A program made the translations under genes and the position numbers. 41,739 bases of DNA from a virus (lineage: Duplodnaviria; Caudoviricetes), in IMG/VR virus record IMGVR_UViG_3300028413_000010, positions 1-41,739 of that record, one strand, 5' to 3'. A model generated the notes under the pieces. That model was not told where the DNA came from and made no database searches. It saw nothing but the letters and a program-made list of their open reading frames with translations. This document shows, one piece after another, positions 18,248 through 26,128 of the stretch. Positions within the stretch are counted from its first letter, which is position 1, and each line of letters starts with the position of its first letter.

Positions 18248-18315
18248 ATCAAATCAATTTAAAAGGAGCAAGGTGGACTTTTCACCCGTCCGCTTAGAAC
18301 ATTTTTTTAGCCGTT

Positions 18316-18519
18316 TTAGCTCCTTTTTTTACTGCGCAGCCAGCTCCTGAAAAAAAGTCGCCAACTGCCCTTATACTGCTTATCTACCACGTTCAATTTT
18401 AGCATACTGGCAAAATATACCATGGCCACTACGCTGGTAATAATGCTGAAATAGTTAGGCACGCTTACCACCCAAAATGCCAAGACAAAACCTGTCTTAA
18501 AAATAGGATCCTGTACCAT
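18316..18519 (-). CDS. Putative holin
   Basis: 67 aa, hydrophobic, with a basic C-terminus. Upstream of the endolysin. Confidence 0.55.
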   Translation of the reverse strand: MVQDPIFKTGFVLAFWVVSVPNYFSIITSVVAMVYFASMLKLNVVDKQYKGSWRLFFRSWLRSKKRS

Positions 18520-18794
18520 TATTTTTTGGTGTATTTCCCTGCCACTGCGGTAGCCAGTTTCACAATTATTTTTGCAAGGCTATTAAACGCCCAGCCGCCC
18601 ACAAAGAAAACAATGCCCATGCAAAGAAAAATCCAGTGCACCGTTGCCCACTCCGCTTGTTTCTCGGTCAGCAAGAGCATATTAAGACCGCTTGCATAAA
18701 ATGGTATAACCATTAGAGCACTGCCAAGCACCAAAAGAAATATCTTTTGGTACAGGTTTTTTATATGGATGAATTTTTGTAATAAAGTGCTCAT
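18519..18794 (-). CDS. Putative holin (2 TM)
   Basis: 91 aa with two hydrophobic helices. Confidence 0.55.
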   Translation of the reverse strand: MSTLLQKFIHIKNLYQKIFLLVLGSALMVIPFYASGLNMLLLTEKQAEWATVHWIFLCMGIVFFVGGWAFNSLAKIIVKLATAVAGKYTKK

Positions 18795-18878
18795 GGGTTC
18801 TTCTGTTTTTTATATTGGTTGTACAGTTTTTTGACAATTAGGGCTAGGCATAAAGCGCTATAATAGCAAATAGCTCCT

Positions 18879-19247
18879 TCACACCAATACAGGTCTGGTA
18901 TCAGGAAAACTGGTTGTAGAAGGCCAATCCCTTAACGCTTGCCTGTATGTTATATAGGCTGCGTGCTGTGGGTGGTCTGTAAGAGGTAATACCCAATCGG
19001 TATCGCTTAACTCTGTGTTACGCCATTGCTTAGCCATTAATATTTTACCCTCTAAAAACTCTCCATTTTCATCAAGTTCGCCTTGGTAAAGATTTTCGCC
19101 ATCCCAGAATAAAGCCGTTATATCATCTTCTATTTTATGGGCAATAGGAGCGTTTATAACCTCGTGATTTTCTTCTAAGGCTACATAGCTATCGTCTGTT
19201 GTCTTAGCGATAACTTGCTGCGTTGTTTTGTTGAGTATTAATTTCAT
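18879..19247 (-). CDS. Tail fibre assembly chaperone-like protein
   Basis: C-terminal WRNTELSDTDW...YRQALRDWP...P motif. Confidence 0.8.
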   Translation of the reverse strand: MKLILNKTTQQVIAKTTDDSYVALEENHEVINAPIAHKIEDDITALFWDGENLYQGELDENGEFLEGKILMAKQWRNTELSDTDWVLPLTDHPQHAAYITYRQALRDWPSTTSFPDTRPVLV

Positions 19248-19251
19248 AATT

Positions 19252-20700
19252 TTAAACTGTTATGTATATTACTGTTTGAGAATCAATTTTAAACCGCCAT
19301 CCCATTCTACGAAGTCCATTTGCTGCTGAAACAACGTTTGAATTAGCATTGTTTGCGGTTGGTATTGTACCACTATTTGCATAATTTGTTGTCCTACCTA
19401 TTGCTGCTGTTGATGTACCCAAACTATCTCCGTTTGGAAGTAAAACACCATCTGCTGAATTTGGTGTTGGCGTGGCGGTTGTAGATGTACTACGCCAAGC
19501 TAATTGAAAATCACCATCACTACTATTAAAAGCCCTTAACAAAATAACTTTAGTATCTAAATTTACATAAGTAAAGCGAGAACTATTTGTTATTCCTGTT
19601 ACCCCCCTTTCTGTTATTTGTCTTTGAACTTGTATTGGATTAGCTTGGTAAGCTGATAATGCTGTATTACTATTCCAAACTGCTAGTTTTGCTGTTGAAG
19701 ATGTAAATACGGCATCTGATGCGGTGTCTGATGCTGCTACTGCATTCATAGCCGTACTTGATGCTGCTACTGCATTCATAGCCGTACTTGATACTGCTAC
19801 TGCATTCATAGCTGTACTTGATGCTGCTACTGCATTCATAGCTGTACTTGATGCTGCTACTGCATTCATAGCCGTACTTGATGCTGCTACTGCATCCATA
19901 TCAGCAAACAATGTAGGGTCTAGTTGTGCATTACCAGCTACATATTTACCAATAGCCATATTTGAAGGACTTATTGTATCAAATGCTAGTCCAGACGAAC
20001 CTATAATAGTTCTAGCTGTACTTGATGCTGCTACTGCATTCATAGCTGTACTTGATGCTGCTACTGCATCCATTGCCGTACTTGATGCTGCTACTGCATT
20101 CATAGCCGTACTTGATGCTGCTACTGCATTCATAGCCGTACTTGATGCTGCTACTGCATTCATAGCTGTACTTGATGCTATTACTGCATTCATAGCTGTA
20201 CTTGATGCAGCTACTGCATTCATAGCCGTACTTGATGCTGCTACTGCATTCATAGCTGTACTTGATGCAGCTACTGCATTCATAGCCGTACTTGATGCTA
20301 TTACTGCATTCATAGCCGTACTTGATGCTGCTACTGCATCCATAGCCGTACTTGATGCTGCTACTGCATTCATAGCCGTACTTGATGCTATTACTGCATT
20401 CATAGCCGTACTTGATGCTGCTACTGCTGTCATAGCTGTACTTGATGCTGCTACTGCTGTCATAGCTGTACTTGATGCAGAAATAGCTGCTGCCCCGTTT
20501 GGAGCTGAAATTAACTGCGTAAACTTAGCCTCTTTTCCAGCACCTGAAATCCACGTTGCAAAAGATGCAGGGGTAACTTCATTTGCTAATAACACTTGTA
20601 ACGCTTCTGCATCTCCGTTTAAAAGTACAAAATGGTCTAGTAGTGTTTGAGCTACTATTTCACTTCCACCACTAGGGTATAAATCGCTTATATTACTCAT
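19252..20700 (-). CDS. Putative fibre tip/adhesin with 10-aa AVAASSTAMN tandem repeats
   Basis: 482 aa, between the fibre gene and the chaperone. AT-rich codon usage. Confidence 0.65.
   Translation of the reverse strand: MSNISDLYPSGGSEIVAQTLLDHFVLLNGDAEALQVLLANEVTPASFATWISGAGKEAKFTQLISAPNGAAAISASSTAMTAVAASSTAMTAVAASSTAMNAVIASSTAMNAVAASSTAMDAVAASSTAMNAVIASSTAMNAVAASSTAMNAVAASSTAMNAVAASSTAMNAVIASSTAMNAVAASSTAMNAVAASSTAMNAVAASSTAMDAVAASSTAMNAVAASSTARTIIGSSGLAFDTISPSNMAIGKYVAGNAQLDPTLFADMDAVAASSTAMNAVAASSTAMNAVAASSTAMNAVAVSSTAMNAVAASSTAMNAVAASDTASDAVFTSSTAKLAVWNSNTALSAYQANPIQVQRQITERGVTGITNSSRFTYVNLDTKVILLRAFNSSDGDFQLAWRSTSTTATPTPNSADGVLLPNGDSLGTSTAAIGRTTNYANSGTIPTANNANSNVVSAANGLRRMGWRFKIDSQTVIYITV
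19714..19893 (-). repeat. 30-bp coding tandem repeat, block 2 (5 near-perfect + degenerate units)
   Basis: Unit GATGCTGCTACTGCATTCATAGCYGTACTT on the + strand. Confidence 0.95.
20008..20487 (-). repeat. 30-bp coding tandem repeat, block 1 (16 units)
   Basis: Same unit, with synonymous and conservative variants. Confidence 0.95.
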
Positions 20701-20710
20701 ATTGTTATTT

Positions 20711-21355
20711 TTATTGTCCTATTATTATCCATCCTAGTGTACTGTTTACGTATACCAGCCTAAAGCCTATGTAAGGCCTGTCCATAGTTAAATTTTCTTC
20801 AACACCCATAATCCTATTGCCGTTGCCGGCAACCACCGGAGAGGGTATGGCGCTCATATTGCTTACCTCTACCCATTCGCCTGCAGTTGGGCTGCTTGGC
20901 AAGGTCAATGTTACATTGCTCGTAAAAACGTATACCTGGCCAATGGTAGCATTGGTATTGGAGCTAACCACAGTAACAGCATATCCTGCGCTTGCATCAT
21001 CTCCCTTATCGCCTTTTAGACCTTGGGCACCGTCCGCGCCAGGTACTCCCTGTGTGCCTTGGTCACCCTTATCGCCTTTTGCGCCTTGGGCACCGTCCGC
21101 GCCTGGTACCCCCTGTGTGCCTTGGTCTCCCTTATCGCCCTTATCTCCCTTTGCCCCCTGCAACGCCAATGGGGAAAGGTCCACGCTCCTTTGGGTATCG
21201 TTCTTAAGTTTCAGGTTTAGATTGGGGCCGTCCAAATACAAGGTATCCAATTTACCAATGGTACCGGTGCCTGTAATACGCAACACGCTAGGGGTCTGGG
21301 CATGCAACAAGACAGTACAAAATAATAATGCTAAAAGGGTTCCTAATTTTCTCAT
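20711..21355 (-). CDS. Collagen-repeat fibre protein with signal peptide and C-terminal TLTLP..P..G..GW docking-type domain
   Basis: MRKLGTLLALLFCTVLLHA-Q, G-X-Y repeats with a 63-bp duplication, and C-terminus TLTLPSSPTAGEWVEV...LVYVNSTLGW. Confidence 0.8.
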   Translation of the reverse strand: MRKLGTLLALLFCTVLLHAQTPSVLRITGTGTIGKLDTLYLDGPNLNLKLKNDTQRSVDLSPLALQGAKGDKGDKGDQGTQGVPGADGAQGAKGDKGDQGTQGVPGADGAQGLKGDKGDDASAGYAVTVVSSNTNATIGQVYVFTSNVTLTLPSSPTAGEWVEVSNMSAIPSPVVAGNGNRIMGVEENLTMDRPYIGFRLVYVNSTLGWIIIGQ

Positions 21356-21356
21356 A

Positions 21357-21551
21357 TCAATATTGCCTAATTTCTATAGTTCCGTCCAGTAAATCCTGTA
21401 AGCTATTCTGTATCTTCATATTAAGCACTGTACCAGTTAAGTACAAACTATCTACCTGTTGTCTATCCGTATTGCCCGAAATCCTGAGCACATTCTGCGA
21501 TTGCACATTAGCAACCCACAAAACCATTAGTATATATATAATTTTTTTCAT
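21357..21551 (-). CDS. 64-aa signal-peptide protein paralogous to the N-domain of the downstream fibre
   Basis: MKKIIYILMVLWVANVQS-Q. VLRISG..VDSLYLTGTVLNMKIQN compares with VLRITG..LDTLYLDGPNLNLKLKN. Confidence 0.7.
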   Translation of the reverse strand: MKKIIYILMVLWVANVQSQNVLRISGNTDRQQVDSLYLTGTVLNMKIQNSLQDLLDGTIEIRQY

Positions 21552-21552
21552 G

Positions 21553-24522
21553 CTAATAAAGTCTTATTTCCAAACTACCCAACAATACACTATCCGTAAG
21601 CACATTGTTAAAGAACACAGCAAATTGATAGTAAGTACCTGAACGTGCAATCTTAACCTCTGTCTCACCCATACTGCCGTTCCGCTGCTGGAAGCTAATA
21701 GTGGCCATCGATAAATTATAGCTACCTAAGGATGTAGCCCTGTAAATACCAGTACTCATACGAGACCAAGAAAAACCATTCGTTGTGTTTTCTAAAATTA
21801 TTGCAGTTGGAGCACTTGCGGAATTTTGCGCTATATTGGCTACGTAACTTTTATAAGGCCTGTTTAAACCAGACCCTGCAGGTCCAGTAGTACCGGTGTC
21901 CCCTTTATCACCTTTATCACCTTTTGGCCCTTGTGGCCCTATAGGCCCCTGTGTACCTGCGTCGCCTGAATTAAAGTTCAAACTTTCTATCTTATCGTAA
22001 ATATCGTTCTTTGTAGGAACTGCACGATTTCCGTTCCAGCCGCTATCATAAGGGTCAAAAGGGATGTCCATTAAAATAGGGGCTTGTGCCAATACCGCAG
22101 TGCCCGTTAATTCAAAAGGGTTTTGGCGAACATCGTTAAAGTTTACACTACCAGAACCTGCTGGACCTGTAAGGCCTCTATCTCCCTTGTCTCCCTTCGC
22201 CCCGGTTGCGCCAGTGCTGCCCCTGTCTCCCTTTGGACCAGTTGCGCCCTGTCTTCCCGCTACGCCTTGGGCACCTGTTGCGCCGTTACTTCCATTGGTA
22301 CCACTAAAACCCCTAAGCCCACGATCGCCTGTAGCACCCGTAGCGCCCACATCGCCTTTATCACCTTTGTCTCCCTTATCGCCTTTTGCGCCGTTCTGCC
22401 CCGGCAAACCTTGGTCTCCCTTAATCCCTTGGCCACCGTTTATACCAGGTACTCCTTGGTCTCCTTTATCGCCCTTTGCGCCTTGCGGGCCAGTATCGCC
22501 TTTAACTATGGCAGGTAAATTCAGCAAATCATTATAATCCGCTTTTAAGCCGTTCTTACCTATTAGTTTTAATACCGATTCGGAGCTACCAAAGGATTCC
22601 TCAAAGCCTGCTGTGCCCTGCCATAAGGTATCGTCCTGTGGATTCAGCCAATCACCACTAAATGATGGCGTGTTTATAAATTTCCCGTCCCATGCCCCAC
22701 TTTCTAAAGCTGTACTAGGCTTCAAGTTCGCATCGCCATCATATCTAGGTGAAGTCCTTAGCTGATGGCCGTCATTGCCTCGCCCCCATTGATATAAATC
22801 GCCGTATGCATCTGTATCCGTACTGCTGTTCGCTACTTGTGTGGCTCCTAAATTCCTATCCAACCATATTTTTTGAGTAGTTGCATTGTAAACAAAGCCG
22901 TAACTTATAGCATCTAAAACAAATGTCTCGTTTTCATAGTCGGCTTGGAATTCTGCAAGAGTAAATGTACCATCCACTATTGGACGAACAGAAAAGCCGT
23001 ATGCCCTACTAGCGGTCGTTCCTATTGTGATAGAACCTGCGGTGCGTATACTAAGGAGTCTGGGATTAGTCGGCCAAATCGTACTAGACCAATAGAAACC
23101 ATCTATTCCCGTAAGCGCAATCGAACCAGTTTCTACCACCCGTATGCCCGCCATTGGCAATTTAAGTACCGAATTGATACCCCTCTCCGCAATAGTACCC
23201 GACCAACTTAACCGCTCATTGTCCCATTCCGTTTCCGTTGGTATTTTTAGGTTATAGGAGTTAGCCCCACTAGATGTACCTACTATCTCCCATTTTGAGT
23301 CTCCATTGATAACAGGTTTTGCGGGATCCGTATTATCTACTATATCACCTGTAACACCTTCTACTACCGCAGTTGGAATAACGGGTTTGTTTAAAATAAA
23401 GGCATCACCGCTTGTTGCGCTCCAATCTGCCTGTACATTTACTTCACCACCAATACCGTCTGCACCTGCAGGGCCTACCGGGCCTAGTGGTCCCGGTTCC
23501 CCTTGTGGTCCCGGTTCCCCTTGTGGTCCTACTGGCCCTGCCACCAAGAGCGCCTCCAAATCTATACTGCTATCCGTTGCAAATTCTAACCGTATGCCAT
23601 TGGAAGGTGCAGGAAGCGCATCCAATTGCGCCGTAGTTCCCGCCGCTGCACTAATAGGGCTTACTGGTGCCTGTGTGGCTACCGTAACAAAACTATTTCC
23701 CCCATCTACCCATTCGGTATCATAATCGGTTGCACTCTTTTTCGCTAATAATTGGCCAGATGTACCACCTGCAGCGGAACCTTGTGCATCACTACCGGCC
23801 GCACCGGTTTCACCGGTATCGCCTTTATCTCCTTTAGTACCTGGCAAACCTTGTATGCCTTGGTCTCCCTGATCGCCTTTAGCCCCAGTTGCACCGGCCG
23901 CCCCGGCTATTCCATCAATACCTTGGTCGCCTTTTTCGCCTACATCACCTTTTTCGCCTGGCGCACCGTCTATGCCCGGTAATCCCTGTACACCTTGATC
24001 GCCCTTGTCTCCTTTTTCTCCTTTTTCACCATCAACACCAATAACACCGTCTATACCGTCTATACCAGGTATGCCTTGCATCCCCCTATCTCCTTTTGCA
24101 CCGTCCTGTCCGTTTTCACCGGCAGGGCCAGCGACCCCATCTATTCCTTGTATGCCCTCTATGCCTTGCTCTCCCTGATCGCCCTTTTCACCTTTAAGAC
24201 TGGCAATCCATTGGCTTTCGGTTCCCACAAATCCGTTATCTGTGGCCAGTTCATAAGCGCTTTTACCGTCAAGGGCACTAGGCCTGTTTATGAGATCGTT
24301 AAAATCTATCTCAATATCCCCTATATTTATTTTCACCAGTTCGCCATTGGACAAAGTGGTAACTATATAACCGCGGTCAACGGTAGTGACACCCATTTGG
24401 GTGGCCTTTAATTTTTGCGCCTCTATACCTACGGTCTTAAACTCGTCCCAACGCTGTTGCGCCAGTGCACTGTTCAGAAATAAAAGCGAAAAAAACCCGA
24501 ATAAATAATTTCTTAACTTCAT
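21553..24522 (-). CDS. Large collagen-like fibre protein with signal peptide and internal FISUMP/CLec-like domain
   Basis: MKLRNYLFGFFSLLFLNSALA-Q, GKSAYELA...W motif, four G-X-Y tracts, and WLDRNLGA, YGDLYQWGR, YWSST and GFSVR motifs. Confidence 0.88.
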   Translation of the reverse strand: MKLRNYLFGFFSLLFLNSALAQQRWDEFKTVGIEAQKLKATQMGVTTVDRGYIVTTLSNGELVKINIGDIEIDFNDLINRPSALDGKSAYELATDNGFVGTESQWIASLKGEKGDQGEQGIEGIQGIDGVAGPAGENGQDGAKGDRGMQGIPGIDGIDGVIGVDGEKGEKGDKGDQGVQGLPGIDGAPGEKGDVGEKGDQGIDGIAGAAGATGAKGDQGDQGIQGLPGTKGDKGDTGETGAAGSDAQGSAAGGTSGQLLAKKSATDYDTEWVDGGNSFVTVATQAPVSPISAAAGTTAQLDALPAPSNGIRLEFATDSSIDLEALLVAGPVGPQGEPGPQGEPGPLGPVGPAGADGIGGEVNVQADWSATSGDAFILNKPVIPTAVVEGVTGDIVDNTDPAKPVINGDSKWEIVGTSSGANSYNLKIPTETEWDNERLSWSGTIAERGINSVLKLPMAGIRVVETGSIALTGIDGFYWSSTIWPTNPRLLSIRTAGSITIGTTASRAYGFSVRPIVDGTFTLAEFQADYENETFVLDAISYGFVYNATTQKIWLDRNLGATQVANSSTDTDAYGDLYQWGRGNDGHQLRTSPRYDGDANLKPSTALESGAWDGKFINTPSFSGDWLNPQDDTLWQGTAGFEESFGSSESVLKLIGKNGLKADYNDLLNLPAIVKGDTGPQGAKGDKGDQGVPGINGGQGIKGDQGLPGQNGAKGDKGDKGDKGDVGATGATGDRGLRGFSGTNGSNGATGAQGVAGRQGATGPKGDRGSTGATGAKGDKGDRGLTGPAGSGSVNFNDVRQNPFELTGTAVLAQAPILMDIPFDPYDSGWNGNRAVPTKNDIYDKIESLNFNSGDAGTQGPIGPQGPKGDKGDKGDTGTTGPAGSGLNRPYKSYVANIAQNSASAPTAIILENTTNGFSWSRMSTGIYRATSLGSYNLSMATISFQQRNGSMGETEVKIARSGTYYQFAVFFNNVLTDSVLLGSLEIRLY

Positions 24523-24531
24523 ACTATACTG

Positions 24532-24867
24532 CTATGCTTTTTTAAATTCCCGTTCGTTTATGTAGGAGGAATTTCCATTACCATCTTCCCCGTTGTACTG
24601 CGCGATCAACAAATTCCCCTCTGTATTAACGGTGATGACCCAATCCCCAAGACTAGGCTCTTTTTCTGCCTGGTTCTGCGGTAATTGCAGAAACAAAAGA
24701 TTTCCCTTCTTAATGAAAAGACTTCTATTGTTAAGCTCGTTGAGCGCGTCCACTATCAAATTGATGTCCTTTGCAAATACTATCAATTCATCCGGTACAT
24801 TGGCCAAAGCCGACAGGCGCTCTGCCGTATCCTGTTTTCTTTCTATATCTAAAGGGAATACGCTCAT
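24532..24867 (-). CDS. Hypothetical structural protein
   Basis: 111-aa ORF tightly coupled in the late operon. Confidence 0.7.
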   Translation of the reverse strand: MSVFPLDIERKQDTAERLSALANVPDELIVFAKDINLIVDALNELNNRSLFIKKGNLLFLQLPQNQAEKEPSLGDWVITVNTEGNLLIAQYNGEDGNGNSSYINEREFKKA

Positions 24868-24868
24868 C

Positions 24869-25372
24869 TTATATATTTTCTAAAAAAGATATGGGCAATC
24901 TGTACGGAAAACCGTACATGGCCGTGTTACCAAAAAAACCAATGGGAAAAATACTCTGGGTTACCACCTGCACCTGCGTTACCTTGGCATTGCTGCTCAC
25001 ACTTACACTGGGAGCTATGTTCTGGTAATAATCGTTGCGGCCCACCAGTAGCTTTACACCGCCGTTAAGCTTAAGGCTTACAAACTTTAATTTTTGTAGG
25101 TCGCTTATGCGCTGGCTGCGGTTACCGTCCATAGACGGAAATTTCATGGTAAGGGTCTGGGTGTAACTAACACCGCTGGCACCTTCATTGCTCTGCTCCT
25201 GAAAGCCGACACTCCCCACACTACTGTAAACGGGATTAAAACTACCGTTGGTAAGATCGGTATTGTAGAACGGCTGGGCGTTAAAATTGCCAGATGCCAT
25301 GGCATGGGCAGAAAAATCCAGCTCCAGCCCACATATATGCAAATTTTCCTGTACGCGATCGGTTAACAACAT
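24869..25372 (-). CDS. Putative structural protein (tail-tube-like beta fold)
   Basis: 167 aa with FQEQ...G.SYTQTL..KFP...LLVG pattern, parallel to 12615-13439. First gene of the late operon. Confidence 0.5.
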   Translation of the reverse strand: MLLTDRVQENLHICGLELDFSAHAMASGNFNAQPFYNTDLTNGSFNPVYSSVGSVGFQEQSNEGASGVSYTQTLTMKFPSMDGNRSQRISDLQKLKFVSLKLNGGVKLLVGRNDYYQNIAPSVSVSSNAKVTQVQVVTQSIFPIGFFGNTAMYGFPYRLPISFLENI

Positions 25373-25397
25373 GGTAAAAATGTTACGCTAAGTTACA

Positions 25398-25437
25398 CAA
25401 ATTAGACATATTTGGTCGTTTTTAACTGTAACATGCC
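25398..25437 (-). promoter_or_regulatory. Putative late promoter (GGCATGTTACA-N26-TTG)
   Basis: Conserved motif and spacing. Confidence 0.7.
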
Positions 25438-25440
25438 ACT

Positions 25441-25466
25441 AACAATAGACTTATTTGTCTATTGTT
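25441..25466. promoter_or_regulatory. Palindromic operator AACAATAGAC-N6-GTCTATTGTT
   Basis: Perfect 10-bp arms. The core matches the immunity-region sites. Confidence 0.7.
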
Positions 25467-25589
25467 TAATAATACCCGTGCTGTAGCACCTAAAAAATAG
25501 CAAACGTTAAACAAAATGATTTTTAAGCTGTGTGGTCTGTACTAGAATTTCTGCCCAAAACAGTCACCCCGATCTAGGTGGCAAATTTT

Positions 25590-25820
25590 TGTAACTTTGT
25601 AACTTTGTAACCCAAAAAGATAAACCCCTCTAAGTAAGAAACTTAGAGGGGTTTTCTGGTTTAAGCAAAACTGTAACCAGAGGATAAATGATTTTGTAAC
25701 TTTTGTAACCTTACTAAAAGGTTACAATTTTTTTGTAACCAAGTTACAATTCAACAGTAAGAACTGTAACCTATTTTAGTACTGTTTTCGGGGTCTAACA
25801 CTTGTGGTTACAAAGTTACA
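25590..25820. repeat. Iteron array, putative replication origin
   Basis: 12 TGTAAC/GTTACA hexamers (8 forward, 4 reverse) in 231 bp of non-coding DNA, plus the hairpin AACCCCTCTAAGT-aagaa-ACTTAGAGGGGTT. Confidence 0.75.
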
Positions 25821-25973
25821 GTTTTTTTTGGCTAGAGAGTTGAGGGGAAGGGGGAGGAAGGGGCAGCAAGGGCCCGTGCGCCGTTTTAACTGTTTTGTTT
25901 AATGTTTGTAACTCTATAAGGCAGTTGGTGCGGTCTTGTGCCGGAGAATGGCCGCGGTGTGCCGCCAGGGCAT

Positions 25974-26001
25974 AAAAAAACCACCGCTATGGGTGGTTCT
26001 T
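25974..26001 (-). terminator. Rho-independent terminator of the early operon
   Basis: AACCACC...GGTGGTT stem with a U7 tract on the minus strand. Confidence 0.7.
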
Positions 26002-26030
26002 TACTAGGGTAGGGATATCTGGATTAACTG

Positions 26031-26095
26031 GCCATAACAGCCGCTATGCCAAATAGCCCGGACGGGGCAACTTGGCATAGCTTGGTGTTACCTGC
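26031..26095 (+). other. Integron attC-like site
   Basis: CCATAAC...GTTACCT outer boxes with an inner GCTATGCCAA/TTGGCATAGC stem separated by an unpaired spacer. Confidence 0.55.
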
Positions 26096-26128
26096 AATAA
26101 AATTTTAAAAAGCCGAACTTACTCGGCC

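Noticed and set aside
19714-20487. 30-bp repeats as a CRISPR array
   Set aside because: The units are contiguous with no unique spacers, are in frame, and vary mostly at synonymous positions. No cas genes are present.
22978-23110. Diversity-generating retroelement acting on the FISUMP variable region
   Set aside because: No reverse transcriptase and no second (template) copy seen in the window. The missing part of the genome cannot be excluded.
19724-24411. Long + strand ORFs opposite the repeat and collagen genes
   Set aside because: These are shadow frames produced by low-complexity G-X-Y and 10-aa repeats that lack antisense stops.
18879-24522. Invertible tail-fibre shufflon
   Set aside because: No invertase, no inverted alternative C-termini and no flanking inverted recombination sites were seen.
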